From the IMG/VR virus record IMGVR_UViG_3300021141_000706: a stretch of 64,000 nucleotides of DNA; one strand, given 5' to 3'. Below the pieces are notes generated by a model. The model was not told where the DNA came from and did no database searches. It saw only the letters and a program-made list of their open reading frames with translations. Below are positions 7,541-17,764 of this stretch, piece after piece; the stretch's first letter is position 1; every line of letters starts with the position of its first letter. This DNA comes from a virus. A program made the translations under genes and the position numbers.

Positions 7541-8527
7541 TTATCGGTTTGTCCAATATCCATTAGTACTCAACCAAGCCTTAGCCAATGTGACACCACC
7601 AGCATCTAAAGCAAATGATTGATTGAATTTTTTATTAACTAAAGTAGCAAAAGAAGCATCTGAAGTATCTGTTGATCTAAGAAATCCAACTGAAGCGGTA
7701 GTTTTACCTAAAAAATTATATCCACTTGGATATCCATATAATGGAATATTTAAAACTTCCATTACTCCATAAATATAAGGACACAAAACTGGATAATAAC
7801 CAGGAGCTGAAGAATTAGTTAAGACGAAAGTTGAAATGTCTACACCAACACTTGATGTTGATGGATCTGAGCCAGCATAATTATTCCAAAGACCACCATT
7901 AACTCTTACCCACAATAGTGATAAATCATAATTAATAGCAACATCAATCACATCACCATTGGTCCAAGTAGGAAGACTAGTACCGGATAATAGTTGTGGA
8001 GCTGTAGTTTCGACACCAGTACTAAAATAAAGTTGACCAAAATCTGATAAGCCAATGCTACGCTCATCAGCACCGCCCGGATAACCACCAAAAGGCCCTG
8101 AATAATCCATATCTGTTAACCCAATGCCAATAAAACGACCACCAGCACCAACAGTTGACTGTGTTGAAGTAAATTTAACACTAAACATTACTTTATCACC
8201 GTCAGAAATAATAGTTTGTCCTAATACTGATTGTTGATATGAAAATATTTGAGTAGCTGTTTGATTGTTATTACTTAAAACAATATCAGTTGCCTTATAA
8301 GTTGTGCTTAAAAAAAGATTATCACCAGGAACAGGAGTTGGTTGATTATCCAAAGGAACAGGTTTAGCTATTAGCCATCCACTGCCTTCTCCAGGTCCAT
8401 TCCACCATTCTAATCCAGTAGATTCAAATCCAGCTGTTGGTGTCCCAACTGCTAAATCTCCTACTTGAGTTGTTCCGGCTATTGGTGCTCCGGTGTTGTA
8501 TGCGAACGGTCTACTTCCTACTGCCAT
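7541..8527 (-). CDS. Putative virion protein with SPRY/B30.2-like domain
   Basis: GDVIDVAINYD..LLWVRVNG SPRY-like motif; G/T/S-rich; RPFAYNTG...WWNGP N-terminus. Confidence 0.55.
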   Translation of the reverse strand: MAVGSRPFAYNTGAPIAGTTQVGDLAVGTPTAGFESTGLEWWNGPGEGSGWLIAKPVPLDNQPTPVPGDNLFLSTTYKATDIVLSNNNQTATQIFSYQQSVLGQTIISDGDKVMFSVKFTSTQSTVGAGGRFIGIGLTDMDYSGPFGGYPGGADERSIGLSDFGQLYFSTGVETTAPQLLSGTSLPTWTNGDVIDVAINYDLSLLWVRVNGGLWNNYAGSDPSTSSVGVDISTFVLTNSSAPGYYPVLCPYIYGVMEVLNIPLYGYPSGYNFLGKTTASVGFLRSTDTSDASFATLVNKKFNQSFALDAGGVTLAKAWLSTNGYWTNR

Positions 8528-8536
8528 ATTAATTAA

Positions 8537-8770
8537 TTAATTAATTTTTTTATTATTATCTTTATTATCTGAATCTGAGTTTTTTGAGCCAAAATATCCA
8601 CCAACAATACCAATTAAACCTGTAATTGACATTTGTAACAATTGAATTATATCATCATCAATTGGTCGGTGTTCATATAAAGAAACCCAGAAATCACCTA
8701 ATACTATAATAGTAAGTAAAGCCATAACTCCTCCTACCATTATAAAAACTATCCTATCTTTATTGCTCAT
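8537..8770 (-). CDS. Small 2-TM membrane protein (holin-like?)
   Basis: Two hydrophobic helices, GGYFG, charged C-terminus. Confidence 0.5.
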   Translation of the reverse strand: MSNKDRIVFIMVGGVMALLTIIVLGDFWVSLYEHRPIDDDIIQLLQMSITGLIGIVGGYFGSKNSDSDNKDNNKKIN

Positions 8771-9407
8771 TACTCAAATACATTTTCTCTAAGTATAAAT
8801 AAATATACTTTCTATATCTTTTAATTGTTTTTTCATCACAATACCTTTTGATATCAGACCACAACATTGTATGTTCTGCTGGTCTCATTGCCGATCTTGG
8901 ATTAAACGGAATATCTAACTGACTCATAGCCGTTTCTAAACTTCTATTCATTTTAGATAAACCATTAGCAATTGTAAATGAAAAAGCCATAACTTCTTCT
9001 TTATTAGAAAAATAAGCTTTTCTATCTAATGGACTTGGTAATTTGTAATCAATTTGACCTTTTCTTAAACTTTGTTCAGCATGAACTCTTTCGTGTCCAA
9101 TTATATCTAACATAATTTCTTTGAAGTTAGGAATAAATCTAGCCGCATTTGGATCAGATAAAACAAACATTGCTTTTCTTCTAATCGGATTAAAAAGAGC
9201 AAAGAAAGGAACACCTCTTCTTGGTGGTGCTGTTTTCTTATTTTCTTCACTTAATGTGTTATAAAATTCATCATAATCAACTACATCAAAATCATTTCTT
9301 TGTCCAAAAGCAACAGCCGATTCAAATGAATTAACATTAGCATTATCTTCTATTGGAGTTGGTATAATAACTGCTTCAAATATTTTAAAAGGTTTAAGAT
9401 GTTTCAT
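8760..9407 (-). CDS. Hypothetical protein with HExxH metallopeptidase-like motif
   Basis: IIGHERVHAEQ...EEVMAF; N-terminus MKHLKPFKIFE. Confidence 0.5.
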   Translation of the reverse strand: MKHLKPFKIFEAVIIPTPIEDNANVNSFESAVAFGQRNDFDVVDYDEFYNTLSEENKKTAPPRRGVPFFALFNPIRRKAMFVLSDPNAARFIPNFKEIMLDIIGHERVHAEQSLRKGQIDYKLPSPLDRKAYFSNKEEVMAFSFTIANGLSKMNRSLETAMSQLDIPFNPRSAMRPAEHTMLWSDIKRYCDEKTIKRYRKYIYLYLEKMYLSNEQ

Positions 9408-9452
9408 AGACTTATATATTAAATTTTATACCTAATAAATAATATATACTGA

Positions 9453-9785
9453 ATGGAATATCTATTTGTGTATGGTTTGTTTAGAGACTCTGGTAAAAGA
9501 GTTTTAGGAGAATGTACTTATTGTGGAAGAGCTAGTATTAACGGTAAGTTATATAAAGTTAATGAGTTTTATCCAGGATATGTAATTGATAAAAAATCTA
9601 AAGTTTATGGAGATATTTATTTAGTTGATCCTAATAATTTCTCAGCGATGGATGAATATGAAGGCGATGAGTACATTCGTACTAAAGTAAGATCATCAAC
9701 AGATATTGAGTGTTGGGTTTATAAATATAAATATGATGTTGCTAACTTTGAAGAGATAAAAGGTGGTGATTGGATGTTAAGATAG
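9453..9785 (+). CDS. Gamma-glutamylcyclotransferase (AIG2/YtfP-like)
   Basis: LFVYG, YPG, VYGDIY, MDEYEG..Y.R, WVY. Confidence 0.85.
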   Translation: MEYLFVYGLFRDSGKRVLGECTYCGRASINGKLYKVNEFYPGYVIDKKSKVYGDIYLVDPNNFSAMDEYEGDEYIRTKVRSSTDIECWVYKYKYDVANFEEIKGGDWMLR

Positions 9786-9820
9786 TCTAAACCTTTTATT
9801 ATTATTTCCATAAAAGACAT

Positions 9821-10477
9821 ATGGAATTATTTCACTTTGACATTGAGACTGCTGGTCAGTACAAGGATTATGATACTTTTTTAGACTCTGATGAAAGAGG
9901 TGCTAGACTTTTCTTAGGTAAGTACGAGAAAATGAACTGGTCAGAAAAGTATGCTGATGTAAATGAGGCGTATATTGAAAATGCTGGTATCATTTCTACT
10001 TATGGTAGAATCGTTTGTATTTCTTTTGGATATGAATCTAAAGGAGAAAAAATGATTCGTTCATTCTATGGTGATGATGAAAGAGATATAGTTGAATCAT
10101 TTAACAACTTATTGAAAAAGATTGAAACAAAAAGTTATAATCTTTGTGGCTTTAGAATCAATTATTTTGATATACCTTGGTTGCTTCACAAACTACATAA
10201 ATACGAGATTGAACCAGCAAATATGATTTATTTATATGATAAAAAGCCTTGGGATGTTAGGGTTACAGATATGTCTGATGATTGGAAACAAAAGTTTGCT
10301 TGGGCTTTCAGCTTCGACGAAATGTGTTACGAATTAGGAGTTAAGTCGCCTAAAGATATTATCAATGGTTCTGATGTTCATAAGTATTATTGGTCTGGTA
10401 GAGTTGAAGATATTAAGACTTATTGTGAGAAGGATGTTAGTTCTTCGATAGATGCTTCAAAAAAATTGTATAAATAG
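9821..10477 (+). CDS. 3'-5' exonuclease (PolB-exo/DnaQ-like)
   Basis: FDIET (ExoI), GFRINYFDIP (ExoII), YCEKDV (ExoIII). Confidence 0.85.
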   Translation: MELFHFDIETAGQYKDYDTFLDSDERGARLFLGKYEKMNWSEKYADVNEAYIENAGIISTYGRIVCISFGYESKGEKMIRSFYGDDERDIVESFNNLLKKIETKSYNLCGFRINYFDIPWLLHKLHKYEIEPANMIYLYDKKPWDVRVTDMSDDWKQKFAWAFSFDEMCYELGVKSPKDIINGSDVHKYYWSGRVEDIKTYCEKDVSSSIDASKKLYK

Positions 10478-10532
10478 TTTGTAAATATCAAATAATTCCT
10501 TATCTTTGTTAAACAAATAAAGATATACAGAA

Positions 10533-11453
10533 ATGATTCAAAATTTAACATCAGTAAAAATAGTAATAAATTTAGATTATCTAAATAGATTCAAAATTGC
10601 TGTGAAGAATGGTTTTGAAAATATCTCTGAAGTCTCTGATATTTTAGAAAAATTTCCATTTTTAAAAAATGATATTGCCAATAGATTGAACAATCAAGTT
10701 TTGTTTCAACCCGGTAGAATTGTTGAAACTATGGTGATTCAATCAATAGCTGATCATTTAAATTGTGTTTACATCGGAAATGGTATTTATGAAAATGATA
10801 AATATCTTATTAAACAAGATGGTGGTTCAGGAATGTCTGATTTAATCATCACTGATAAAATTGAAAACAAAGAGTATATTTTTGAAATAAAAGAACCTGT
10901 CGCATATGGTAAATCATGTGGATTCACTTATGATGAAAACGGCAAAGTTGACTGTCTTACATCAAAAAGTGAAAAATACAAAGAATATGTAAAATCATTA
11001 TTTGAAACAGGTGGAATGTTGGAAAGTTACAATATTTTAGAAAACCAAGGACATAATAAGATTTATGAAATTGATGATGTTATCACAAATAAATTTGACT
11101 ACATCATCAGTTATGATAATAACGGTGTTTTAAGTATCATGACAATTGACGAATACAAAACAGGTTTCTCTTTCAGAATAGAGGTTAGAAGTTGTGGTAG
11201 AAATACTAGAAAAGTTTTTACTAAAGGTAAATTAAACTTAATCGATGGTATTCTTTATTTGGATAAAAATGATATCACAAATATCACACAAAGAGGTGGT
11301 GGTACATCTAGTAGATGTAAATACATTAAAAATAATGCCACATTTTCTTTTAAAAGAAAAGACTTAAAAGAAGTTGATGGTAAATTGTACATTGAATTTG
11401 ATAAGATTAATCAACATGTTGGTGAGGTATCTATTCAACATTTCAAAAAATAA
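10533..11453 (+). CDS. Putative type II restriction endonuclease (PD-(D/E)xK)
   Basis: VETMV...SDLII...FEIKE; convergent with the methyltransferase. Confidence 0.6.
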   Translation: MIQNLTSVKIVINLDYLNRFKIAVKNGFENISEVSDILEKFPFLKNDIANRLNNQVLFQPGRIVETMVIQSIADHLNCVYIGNGIYENDKYLIKQDGGSGMSDLIITDKIENKEYIFEIKEPVAYGKSCGFTYDENGKVDCLTSKSEKYKEYVKSLFETGGMLESYNILENQGHNKIYEIDDVITNKFDYIISYDNNGVLSIMTIDEYKTGFSFRIEVRSCGRNTRKVFTKGKLNLIDGILYLDKNDITNITQRGGGTSSRCKYIKNNATFSFKRKDLKEVDGKLYIEFDKINQHVGEVSIQHFKK

Positions 11454-11469
11454 TATAAACGAAAAAACG

Positions 11470-11501
11470 AAAAGCCATTCTAATATTAGAATGGCTTTTT
11501 T
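11470..11501. terminator. Bidirectional terminator between the R and M genes
   Basis: aaaagccattctaa/ttagaatggcttttt. Confidence 0.75.
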
Positions 11502-11502
11502 A

Positions 11503-12672
11503 TTAATCTTGAAGTTTAATTAAATCTTCATCAACAAACAAAGAGTTTAATTTTCTTACTAAATCTTTAGGATGTTTTATATTTTCCTGTGACTTGCCAG
11601 CATTCATCTTATATACTTTATTGACTTCCTCACTCGCTAGTAATTCATTTATGATATTCATATCATATTTAAAATCTACCCAAGGTAAAGATAACAAAGT
11701 TGTTTTAGTCAATGACATTGAACTGTCGGATGTTCTCCACCACCAATATAAATATGAACTATTTAACATTATCAAAGCCTTATTGTATGAATCTTCATTT
11801 TTTAAGAATATTTCTATTTGTCCCGTTCTATCTAATTTTTTAGATGAAGCTGTTATAAAATATCTCGGTGAATTAGTAACATAAATTGGATAATCAGATT
11901 TACTGACCGTATATTTAGATAGTGAGTTCTTGTGTATAAGATATGTTGTATTTGGAGAAGTTTTATAAAATATATCTTCTGTAAAAATAGCATCATCTAA
12001 TTTGGATTCAAGACTTGATATCATCTCCTTTCTCTTCTTACTTTGCCATCTAATCTGAGTGGTAGTTTTTTTGTCATTTGATTTGTTATGTGAGACAATT
12101 ATTGAGACTCTAACTTGAGCATCATCAAATATACAACCTGGTATGGTATCAAAGTGATATAAAGTAATAGAACTAAAGTTTAATATAGACTTTCTTGTTC
12201 TTTTGAATTTAGAACTATTAGTAAATGATATAGGATTAATACTAATAAATCCATTAGAAATATTTGAGGCTTTTTCTAAAAAATAGGCATATATATCATT
12301 ATCCTTATACTTAAAGTAGGGTGGATTCATTATTATATAATCACATTTAAATTCATATTCTAAAAAATCTTCATTAAAACTTCTTGGTATTACTCCAAAC
12401 TTTTCTTTAAAATTACTTAAAGCGATATCCAATTGTTTTTTATCCATATCATTAATAATGAGTCTATTTTTAACAAAATCAACCGGATCATCTTGTAATG
12501 AAGCTAATGTTATTGATAATATCCCTAAACCACAACATGGATCTAACCACACTCCTTTACCATCATCAAATAATTTACTCTTACCTGACATAAACTCAGA
12601 TATATCTTCTGGTGTATAAAAAACTCCGTTTTCTTTCTTTTCTTTGTTATTATATGGATTATTAAAATTCAT
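11503..12672 (-). CDS. N6-adenine DNA methyltransferase
   Basis: GVFYTP, LDPCCGLG (motif I), IIMNPPY (motif IV). Confidence 0.9.
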   Translation of the reverse strand: MNFNNPYNNKEKKENGVFYTPEDISEFMSGKSKLFDDGKGVWLDPCCGLGILSITLASLQDDPVDFVKNRLIINDMDKKQLDIALSNFKEKFGVIPRSFNEDFLEYEFKCDYIIMNPPYFKYKDNDIYAYFLEKASNISNGFISINPISFTNSSKFKRTRKSILNFSSITLYHFDTIPGCIFDDAQVRVSIIVSHNKSNDKKTTTQIRWQSKKRKEMISSLESKLDDAIFTEDIFYKTSPNTTYLIHKNSLSKYTVSKSDYPIYVTNSPRYFITASSKKLDRTGQIEIFLKNEDSYNKALIMLNSSYLYWWWRTSDSSMSLTKTTLLSLPWVDFKYDMNIINELLASEEVNKVYKMNAGKSQENIKHPKDLVRKLNSLFVDEDLIKLQD

Positions 12673-12715
12673 TTTATTTATTTATTTTCTTTTATATATT
12701 AAATTTTAAAAATGG

Positions 12716-12743
12716 TTTTCTACTTTTTCTACTTTTTCTACTA
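12716..12743. repeat. Triple 9-bp tandem repeat (tttttctac), possible operator
   Basis: tttctactttttctactttttctac between the divergent MTase and RHH genes. Confidence 0.4.
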
Positions 12744-12774
12744 AACAACCATTATTAATTAATATATAAGTTAT

Positions 12775-12936
12775 ATGAAAAACAAGAGAAAAGTTAAGGT
12801 ATTCTTCACAATAGATCCTGATTTATATGAACAATTTGAGAAGCACATAGATGATAAGTTATTGGATAAGTCCAAACTTATTGAATTTCTAATTAGAGAA
12901 TATATGAATAATGAATCTGAGAAAGCATCAGTATAA
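12775..12936 (+). CDS. Ribbon-helix-helix DNA-binding protein (53 aa)
   Basis: KVKVFFTIDPDLYEQFEKH...DKSKLIEFLIREYM. Confidence 0.7.
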   Translation: MKNKRKVKVFFTIDPDLYEQFEKHIDDKLLDKSKLIEFLIREYMNNESEKASV

Positions 12937-12968
12937 AATAATAAGAAGGTTTATTAGAATGAGGAAGA

Positions 12969-13925
12969 TTAGAAATTACCTCTTAGATCAGTAATATCTG
13001 TTGTTATTCTTCCTATTGTTAGATCAGCATTACTCTTTGCTAAATCAACAGTTATTCTACGTTTGTTTTTATCATAACCGGTAACTAATGAGTCAACATC
13101 ATAATGTAATTCTGATAGGCTAGTATAAACTTTAGCAATTGACTGCTTAATATTATCACCACAAGATGTAATTAATCTTTCAATGGTGTTAGAAGCAACA
13201 TCTAATTTGATTAGAAATTTATGTTTCTTTGTATAAAGTTTATTAGTATTTAAATTAACGTGATCTGTGATATTATCTAAAGCGAGTATATAATCAGCAT
13301 CTGTCATACCTCTTGGAACAACAAGATAATTACCAATATAACTATCTCTATCCAATGGATTAATACTTAGAATATGAACATCAATTGTTTTATCTTCATT
13401 CTTTAAGCAAATAACGTAATAGTCACATTTCTTTTTCCAGTTGATTTTAATATTTCCTTTATTTTTATAAAGTTTGATTTGATAATCTAATTTTTTAACT
13501 CCTCTACCTGATTCAGTTTCAAATTGAACAGCATCTAGCTCACTATAAGATGAACTAATATCTGAAGCACCATAGTCACCAATTTTAACACCGTGAATTA
13601 GAGTTGCTAAGAATCCTTCTAATAAGAATCCTGATGTAGATGGATTAAATTGTTCTTTAATTTCATTTAGATATTGAAGTAAAGTAATAATAGATATTTT
13701 TGTTTGAATATCAACATCATTATTTTGAATGTGTTTATCAATATTTGATAACATTTCAATCTTTTTATAAAGATCATATCTATCTTTAACTCTAGGCATT
13801 AAAGTATCTAAAGCTGTTACATATTTAGCCATTCTGATATACAGTTGTTCATCTATCTTTACATTAACCCATCCTGATAATTTATCAATATCATCAACAC
13901 CTTCAAATCTTTTAAGAAATTTCAT
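12969..13925 (-). CDS. Hypothetical protein, possible PD-(D/E)xK nuclease fold
   Basis: GFLLEGFLA...SDI...DYQIKLY; N-terminus MKFLKRFE. Confidence 0.45.
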   Translation of the reverse strand: MKFLKRFEGVDDIDKLSGWVNVKIDEQLYIRMAKYVTALDTLMPRVKDRYDLYKKIEMLSNIDKHIQNNDVDIQTKISIITLLQYLNEIKEQFNPSTSGFLLEGFLATLIHGVKIGDYGASDISSSYSELDAVQFETESGRGVKKLDYQIKLYKNKGNIKINWKKKCDYYVICLKNEDKTIDVHILSINPLDRDSYIGNYLVVPRGMTDADYILALDNITDHVNLNTNKLYTKKHKFLIKLDVASNTIERLITSCGDNIKQSIAKVYTSLSELHYDVDSLVTGYDKNKRRITVDLAKSNADLTIGRITTDITDLRGNF

Positions 13926-13993
13926 AAATCTATATATTATATTTTCTTACTCAAATTATTTTTCTTATCTTTGTATTCTAAAACAAAATCACT

Positions 13994-14134
13994 ATGGGAA
14001 AAATAAAAGAAATTTATATGGAAATCCAAGAGAAACTTGGAGAAGATGTTGAAGTAACTCAAGAAGTATTTACTCAACATTTAATTGAAAAAGGTATCTA
14101 TAAACAAGATAATCAAAGAGACGAAGAAGAATAA
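13994..14134 (+). CDS. Small acidic hypothetical protein (46 aa)
   Basis: MGKIKEIYMEIQEKLGE...; follows a TATCTTTG motif and precedes a terminator. Confidence 0.55.
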   Translation: MGKIKEIYMEIQEKLGEDVEVTQEVFTQHLIEKGIYKQDNQRDEEE

Positions 14135-14160
14135 TTGTTAGACACAATAAAATAAAGAAG

Positions 14161-14190
14161 ACCCATCTAATTATTTAGATGGGTTTTTTT
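14161..14190 (+). terminator. Intrinsic terminator
   Basis: acccatctaa/ttagatgggt plus T-tract. Confidence 0.8.
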
Positions 14191-14240
14191 ATGGGCTGTA
14201 TATACATTTATATATACTGTACAAAAATATAAATATTAAA

Positions 14241-14432
14241 ATGCCAAAAAAGGATAAAATGTTTTCCCTGAGAATTCCTGAGAAACTACTAAATGAATAC
14301 CGTGAATTTTGTGACGAAAACTCTATCAACATTTCTATGAGATTACGAAAGTTTATTGAGAGAGACTTGGAGGGCTACAGAGCCAGAAAGTTACAGCAAC
14401 AAGCTCAACAAAAAAATAATTCTCAATCTTAA
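14241..14432 (+). CDS. Ribbon-helix-helix DNA-binding protein
   Basis: MFSLRIPEKLLNEYREFC....NISMRLRKFIE. Confidence 0.7.
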   Translation: MPKKDKMFSLRIPEKLLNEYREFCDENSINISMRLRKFIERDLEGYRARKLQQQAQQKNNSQS

Positions 14433-14465
14433 TATATAAGATAACAAAAAAGATTACCAAATAGT

Positions 14466-15884
14466 ATGAAATATTTAAAGAGATATGAAAGTTTTATGAA
14501 CCAAGCATTTAACGATGTTAATATCAACATTGACAAAAGTTTAAGTATTGTTGAAAAACAAGTTTTAAATGATTTTTCAATTAGTTTCTGGGACTTATCA
14601 TTAAACTCATCAGTATTTACAACTGAAGAAAAAGCATTCATCAAAGAAAACTTGATGAGTAATAAAGTTGATTTAGTTAACGAAGGTTGGTTAGGTGATA
14701 CATTAGGTGCTGTTTGGGATAAAGCCAAAGAAGTAGGTGGTAAAGTTTGGGATAAAGTAAAATCTAAAATCACTATTATTAAAGACAATATTAAAAATCT
14801 AGTTTCTGGTATTGCTGACTTCATTAAAAATATGTTCAAATCTTTAGGTAACTCTATTGTTACTAAATCAACGGCTTTAAAAGATAAAGTTAAAACTGAA
14901 TTTCCTGCTAAAGTAAAATCTATTTTAGATCAAAAGAAACCAGAACCAAAAGTTTTAAAAAATGAAATTGATGAGTTAAAAGCTACTTATGACCATTTGA
15001 AAATGACTGTTGCTGCTGGTTTATTAACTGGTAGTATTGATACTTCTGATGATGGAGTTATTGCTGATGCTGAAAGTCAAGTTGGTGAATTAGAAAATGA
15101 ATTAAAAGCAGAATCTCAAAATCATGATATTCTTAGTGCTTTCTATATTACCGAGGCTGAAGAAGCTAAAGTAGAATATAAAGTAGGTGATAAAGTAAAA
15201 TACAAAAGAGATAACGGTGAAGAAGTTGAAAAAGAGATCGTTAAAATAGAAGGAGATAATATCTTCTTCAAAGATAAAGAAGGTAATGAATTCTCTAAAC
15301 CTAAAACTGATATCGTTGGTAAATCTCAAAGTACAGGTGCTAAAGTTTGGGGTGGATTTGCTAAATGGTTCTTAGATATGGAGCAAGCTACACCGCCAGA
15401 AAAAGGCAAAGCTGTTTGGTGGCTTAAATTAATCTTAAAAATAGTTGGATTAGTTTTATCACCAGTTGTTAAGGCTTTAGAAGTTGCTGCTAAATTTATA
15501 ACATCTAATGTACTTAAAGGTGTATCTGCTGCGTCTAAATATCTTAAAGGACCAGGTGTATTTGAATTCTTGGTATTAGGTGGTATTGTTGCTGGTATAC
15601 CAGCTTTAGTTACTGAGTTCTCTTTAGTAGGACATAAAATGCCTGAAGCTTTCGCTCATATATTTGAAGTGGTTGGTCTTTTCTTATCAGAAGTTTCTGG
15701 TATGAAAGTTTTACTTACTATCTTTGGTGCTTTCTGTGCGGCAATGACTTTATATCAATTAATTGTTGAATTCAAACATTTATTCGGTGGTCACGGTGAA
15801 GAAGGTCACGGTGAAGAAGGTGCTAAGCCAGGTGCTAAACCAGAAGGTGGTGAATCTCCTGCGGCTCCGGCTCCTGCGGCTTAA
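14466..15884 (+). CDS. Hypothetical protein with hydrophobic C-terminal helices and KOW-like segment
   Basis: MKYLKRYES start; YKVGDKVKY; several TM-like stretches; low-complexity tail. Confidence 0.6.
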   Translation: MKYLKRYESFMNQAFNDVNINIDKSLSIVEKQVLNDFSISFWDLSLNSSVFTTEEKAFIKENLMSNKVDLVNEGWLGDTLGAVWDKAKEVGGKVWDKVKSKITIIKDNIKNLVSGIADFIKNMFKSLGNSIVTKSTALKDKVKTEFPAKVKSILDQKKPEPKVLKNEIDELKATYDHLKMTVAAGLLTGSIDTSDDGVIADAESQVGELENELKAESQNHDILSAFYITEAEEAKVEYKVGDKVKYKRDNGEEVEKEIVKIEGDNIFFKDKEGNEFSKPKTDIVGKSQSTGAKVWGGFAKWFLDMEQATPPEKGKAVWWLKLILKIVGLVLSPVVKALEVAAKFITSNVLKGVSAASKYLKGPGVFEFLVLGGIVAGIPALVTEFSLVGHKMPEAFAHIFEVVGLFLSEVSGMKVLLTIFGAFCAAMTLYQLIVEFKHLFGGHGEEGHGEEGAKPGAKPEGGESPAAPAPAA

Positions 15885-15904
15885 AAAATTAACTATTTAC
15901 TTTA

Positions 15905-17488
15905 ATGCCAAATCCAATAAAGTACAGTGTTTCCGCACAATCAAAGGCTTTGAAAAGAGGAAACTTTTTCATTGGAACAGGTGATGATCCAAAGGGAGAT
16001 ACTCCAATAAGTGATTATTGGAATGGCATAACTCCTCCGGTTGGTGGTTATACAATCTATCTTAATAAAGCTAGTCAAGGACCGAGTATATATGTTGCTG
16101 CCAATGATTCAGAGTTAATTAGTTTAACAAATAGAATTGCTAGTACTAGTTATACAACTGTTGGAGAATGTTTATCTTGGTTTTCTACACAAACAGATAA
16201 AATGGTTTTGAATAAAGACTATGAGCCTATTGTAACCGATGGATTAGCTTTTAGTTTAGATGCTGGATTTGTATCTTCATATCCAAAAAGTGGAACAACT
16301 TGGTATGATATAAGTGGAAGTAATAATGTAACATTAGTAAATGGCTCGACTTTTAATAGTTCAAATGGAGGCAGTATTATGTTTGATGGTGTTGATGATA
16401 TGGCTACAGGCTCAACAAACATATCATATACTAACACTCAAACTTGGATGGCGTGGATTAAAAGAACATCATCAGGCAATGTCTTCAATATGTTTATGGG
16501 TAGATTTTTACCATATTTTTCATTTAGATCAACTGGGCTTTTTCACTTCTCAAATCAAGTCGGTGGTACACAAGTAAATTTATATTCACCATTAACCTAC
16601 TTAGATAATGTTTGGTATTTTACATGTTTCACAACTGAATATAATAACCCAAATACCACAATGAAAATGTATATTAACGGATCTTTAGTTAGTAGTGGTT
16701 CATTTCCCGGAACTCAAAATAATCTCAGTTATACTTACACAGTTGGTGATGGTAGGAATACATCAACTTGGTACCCGTTTAATGGTTATGTTTCAATGGT
16801 GTCGGTATATGATAGAACTTTATCTGCGTCTGAAATTCTTCAAAACTATTATAAAGGACCAATAGTAACTAGTGGTTTGGTTTTTGCCGTTGACGCAGGT
16901 AATATCGTCTCATATGAACCAGGTTCTATAACTGCTTATGATTTAACTGGTAATGTTACCTCAGGTACATTAAATAATGGTACATACGGAAGCGGAAACT
17001 GGTTTATTTTTGATGGATCAAACGATGAAATTTCATTTCCTCATGATGCTGATTATAAAAATCAATCTTTATCTGTGGACTTTTGGGTTAATTTAGATTC
17101 TGAAAGTTCAGGTAGACATGTAATGTTCACTACTTGGTACGGATTCACTGTTGAGGTAAATAATCCAGGTGGAAGTTTATCTTGGGGTCTTAATGGTTTA
17201 CCTGGACAATATATGACAGCAGGTACTATTACATATGGAAGTACTACTCATATAGCATGTACATATAATACAACAACAAATGTACAAAATATTTACATAA
17301 ATGGTTCTCTAGCTGGAACACAGATAGTTGATGGTACAATAAATTATTCAAGTGATAATTTATATTTTAGTGGTTCCTGGGATAGAACAAAAGGTAAAAT
17401 GGGATCAATGAAGATTTATAACAAGGAACTTTCGTCATCAGAAGTAAAACAAAATTATCAAGCTCAATCCTCAAGATTTGGATTATAA
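15905..17488 (+). CDS. Virion fibre-like protein with two LamG/concanavalin A-like domains
   Basis: GL.F.LDAG..SY, FDG.DD, KMYING, V.VYDR.LS..EI.QNY occurring twice. Confidence 0.75.
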   Translation: MPNPIKYSVSAQSKALKRGNFFIGTGDDPKGDTPISDYWNGITPPVGGYTIYLNKASQGPSIYVAANDSELISLTNRIASTSYTTVGECLSWFSTQTDKMVLNKDYEPIVTDGLAFSLDAGFVSSYPKSGTTWYDISGSNNVTLVNGSTFNSSNGGSIMFDGVDDMATGSTNISYTNTQTWMAWIKRTSSGNVFNMFMGRFLPYFSFRSTGLFHFSNQVGGTQVNLYSPLTYLDNVWYFTCFTTEYNNPNTTMKMYINGSLVSSGSFPGTQNNLSYTYTVGDGRNTSTWYPFNGYVSMVSVYDRTLSASEILQNYYKGPIVTSGLVFAVDAGNIVSYEPGSITAYDLTGNVTSGTLNNGTYGSGNWFIFDGSNDEISFPHDADYKNQSLSVDFWVNLDSESSGRHVMFTTWYGFTVEVNNPGGSLSWGLNGLPGQYMTAGTITYGSTTHIACTYNTTTNVQNIYINGSLAGTQIVDGTINYSSDNLYFSGSWDRTKGKMGSMKIYNKELSSSEVKQNYQAQSSRFGL

Positions 17489-17503
17489 AAAATAATAAAA
17501 ACT

Positions 17504-17758
17504 ATGGAATATACAGAAAGAAACTTTATGATATTTAATGTGAGTGAATTAAATCAAATTGATTTCACACAAGTATTAGAAACATCAGCAGATACAGTTA
17601 GAAAATCAGTAGATTTAACAAAAACATTTGTTAAATGGGAAGGTACTACACCTACTTGTGTTTCTAATTTAACAACTAAAGAAGGTCCATATACATATAG
17701 TGAGATATTAACAATCTTATCAACATCTGATTGGACTGATACATCACAAACGATATAA
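17504..17758 (+). CDS. Small hypothetical protein (possible fibre accessory)
   Basis: Between the LamG paralogs; GPYTYSEILTILSTSDW. Confidence 0.55.
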   Translation: MEYTERNFMIFNVSELNQIDFTQVLETSADTVRKSVDLTKTFVKWEGTTPTCVSNLTTKEGPYTYSEILTILSTSDWTDTSQTI

Positions 17759-17764
17759 AATAAA

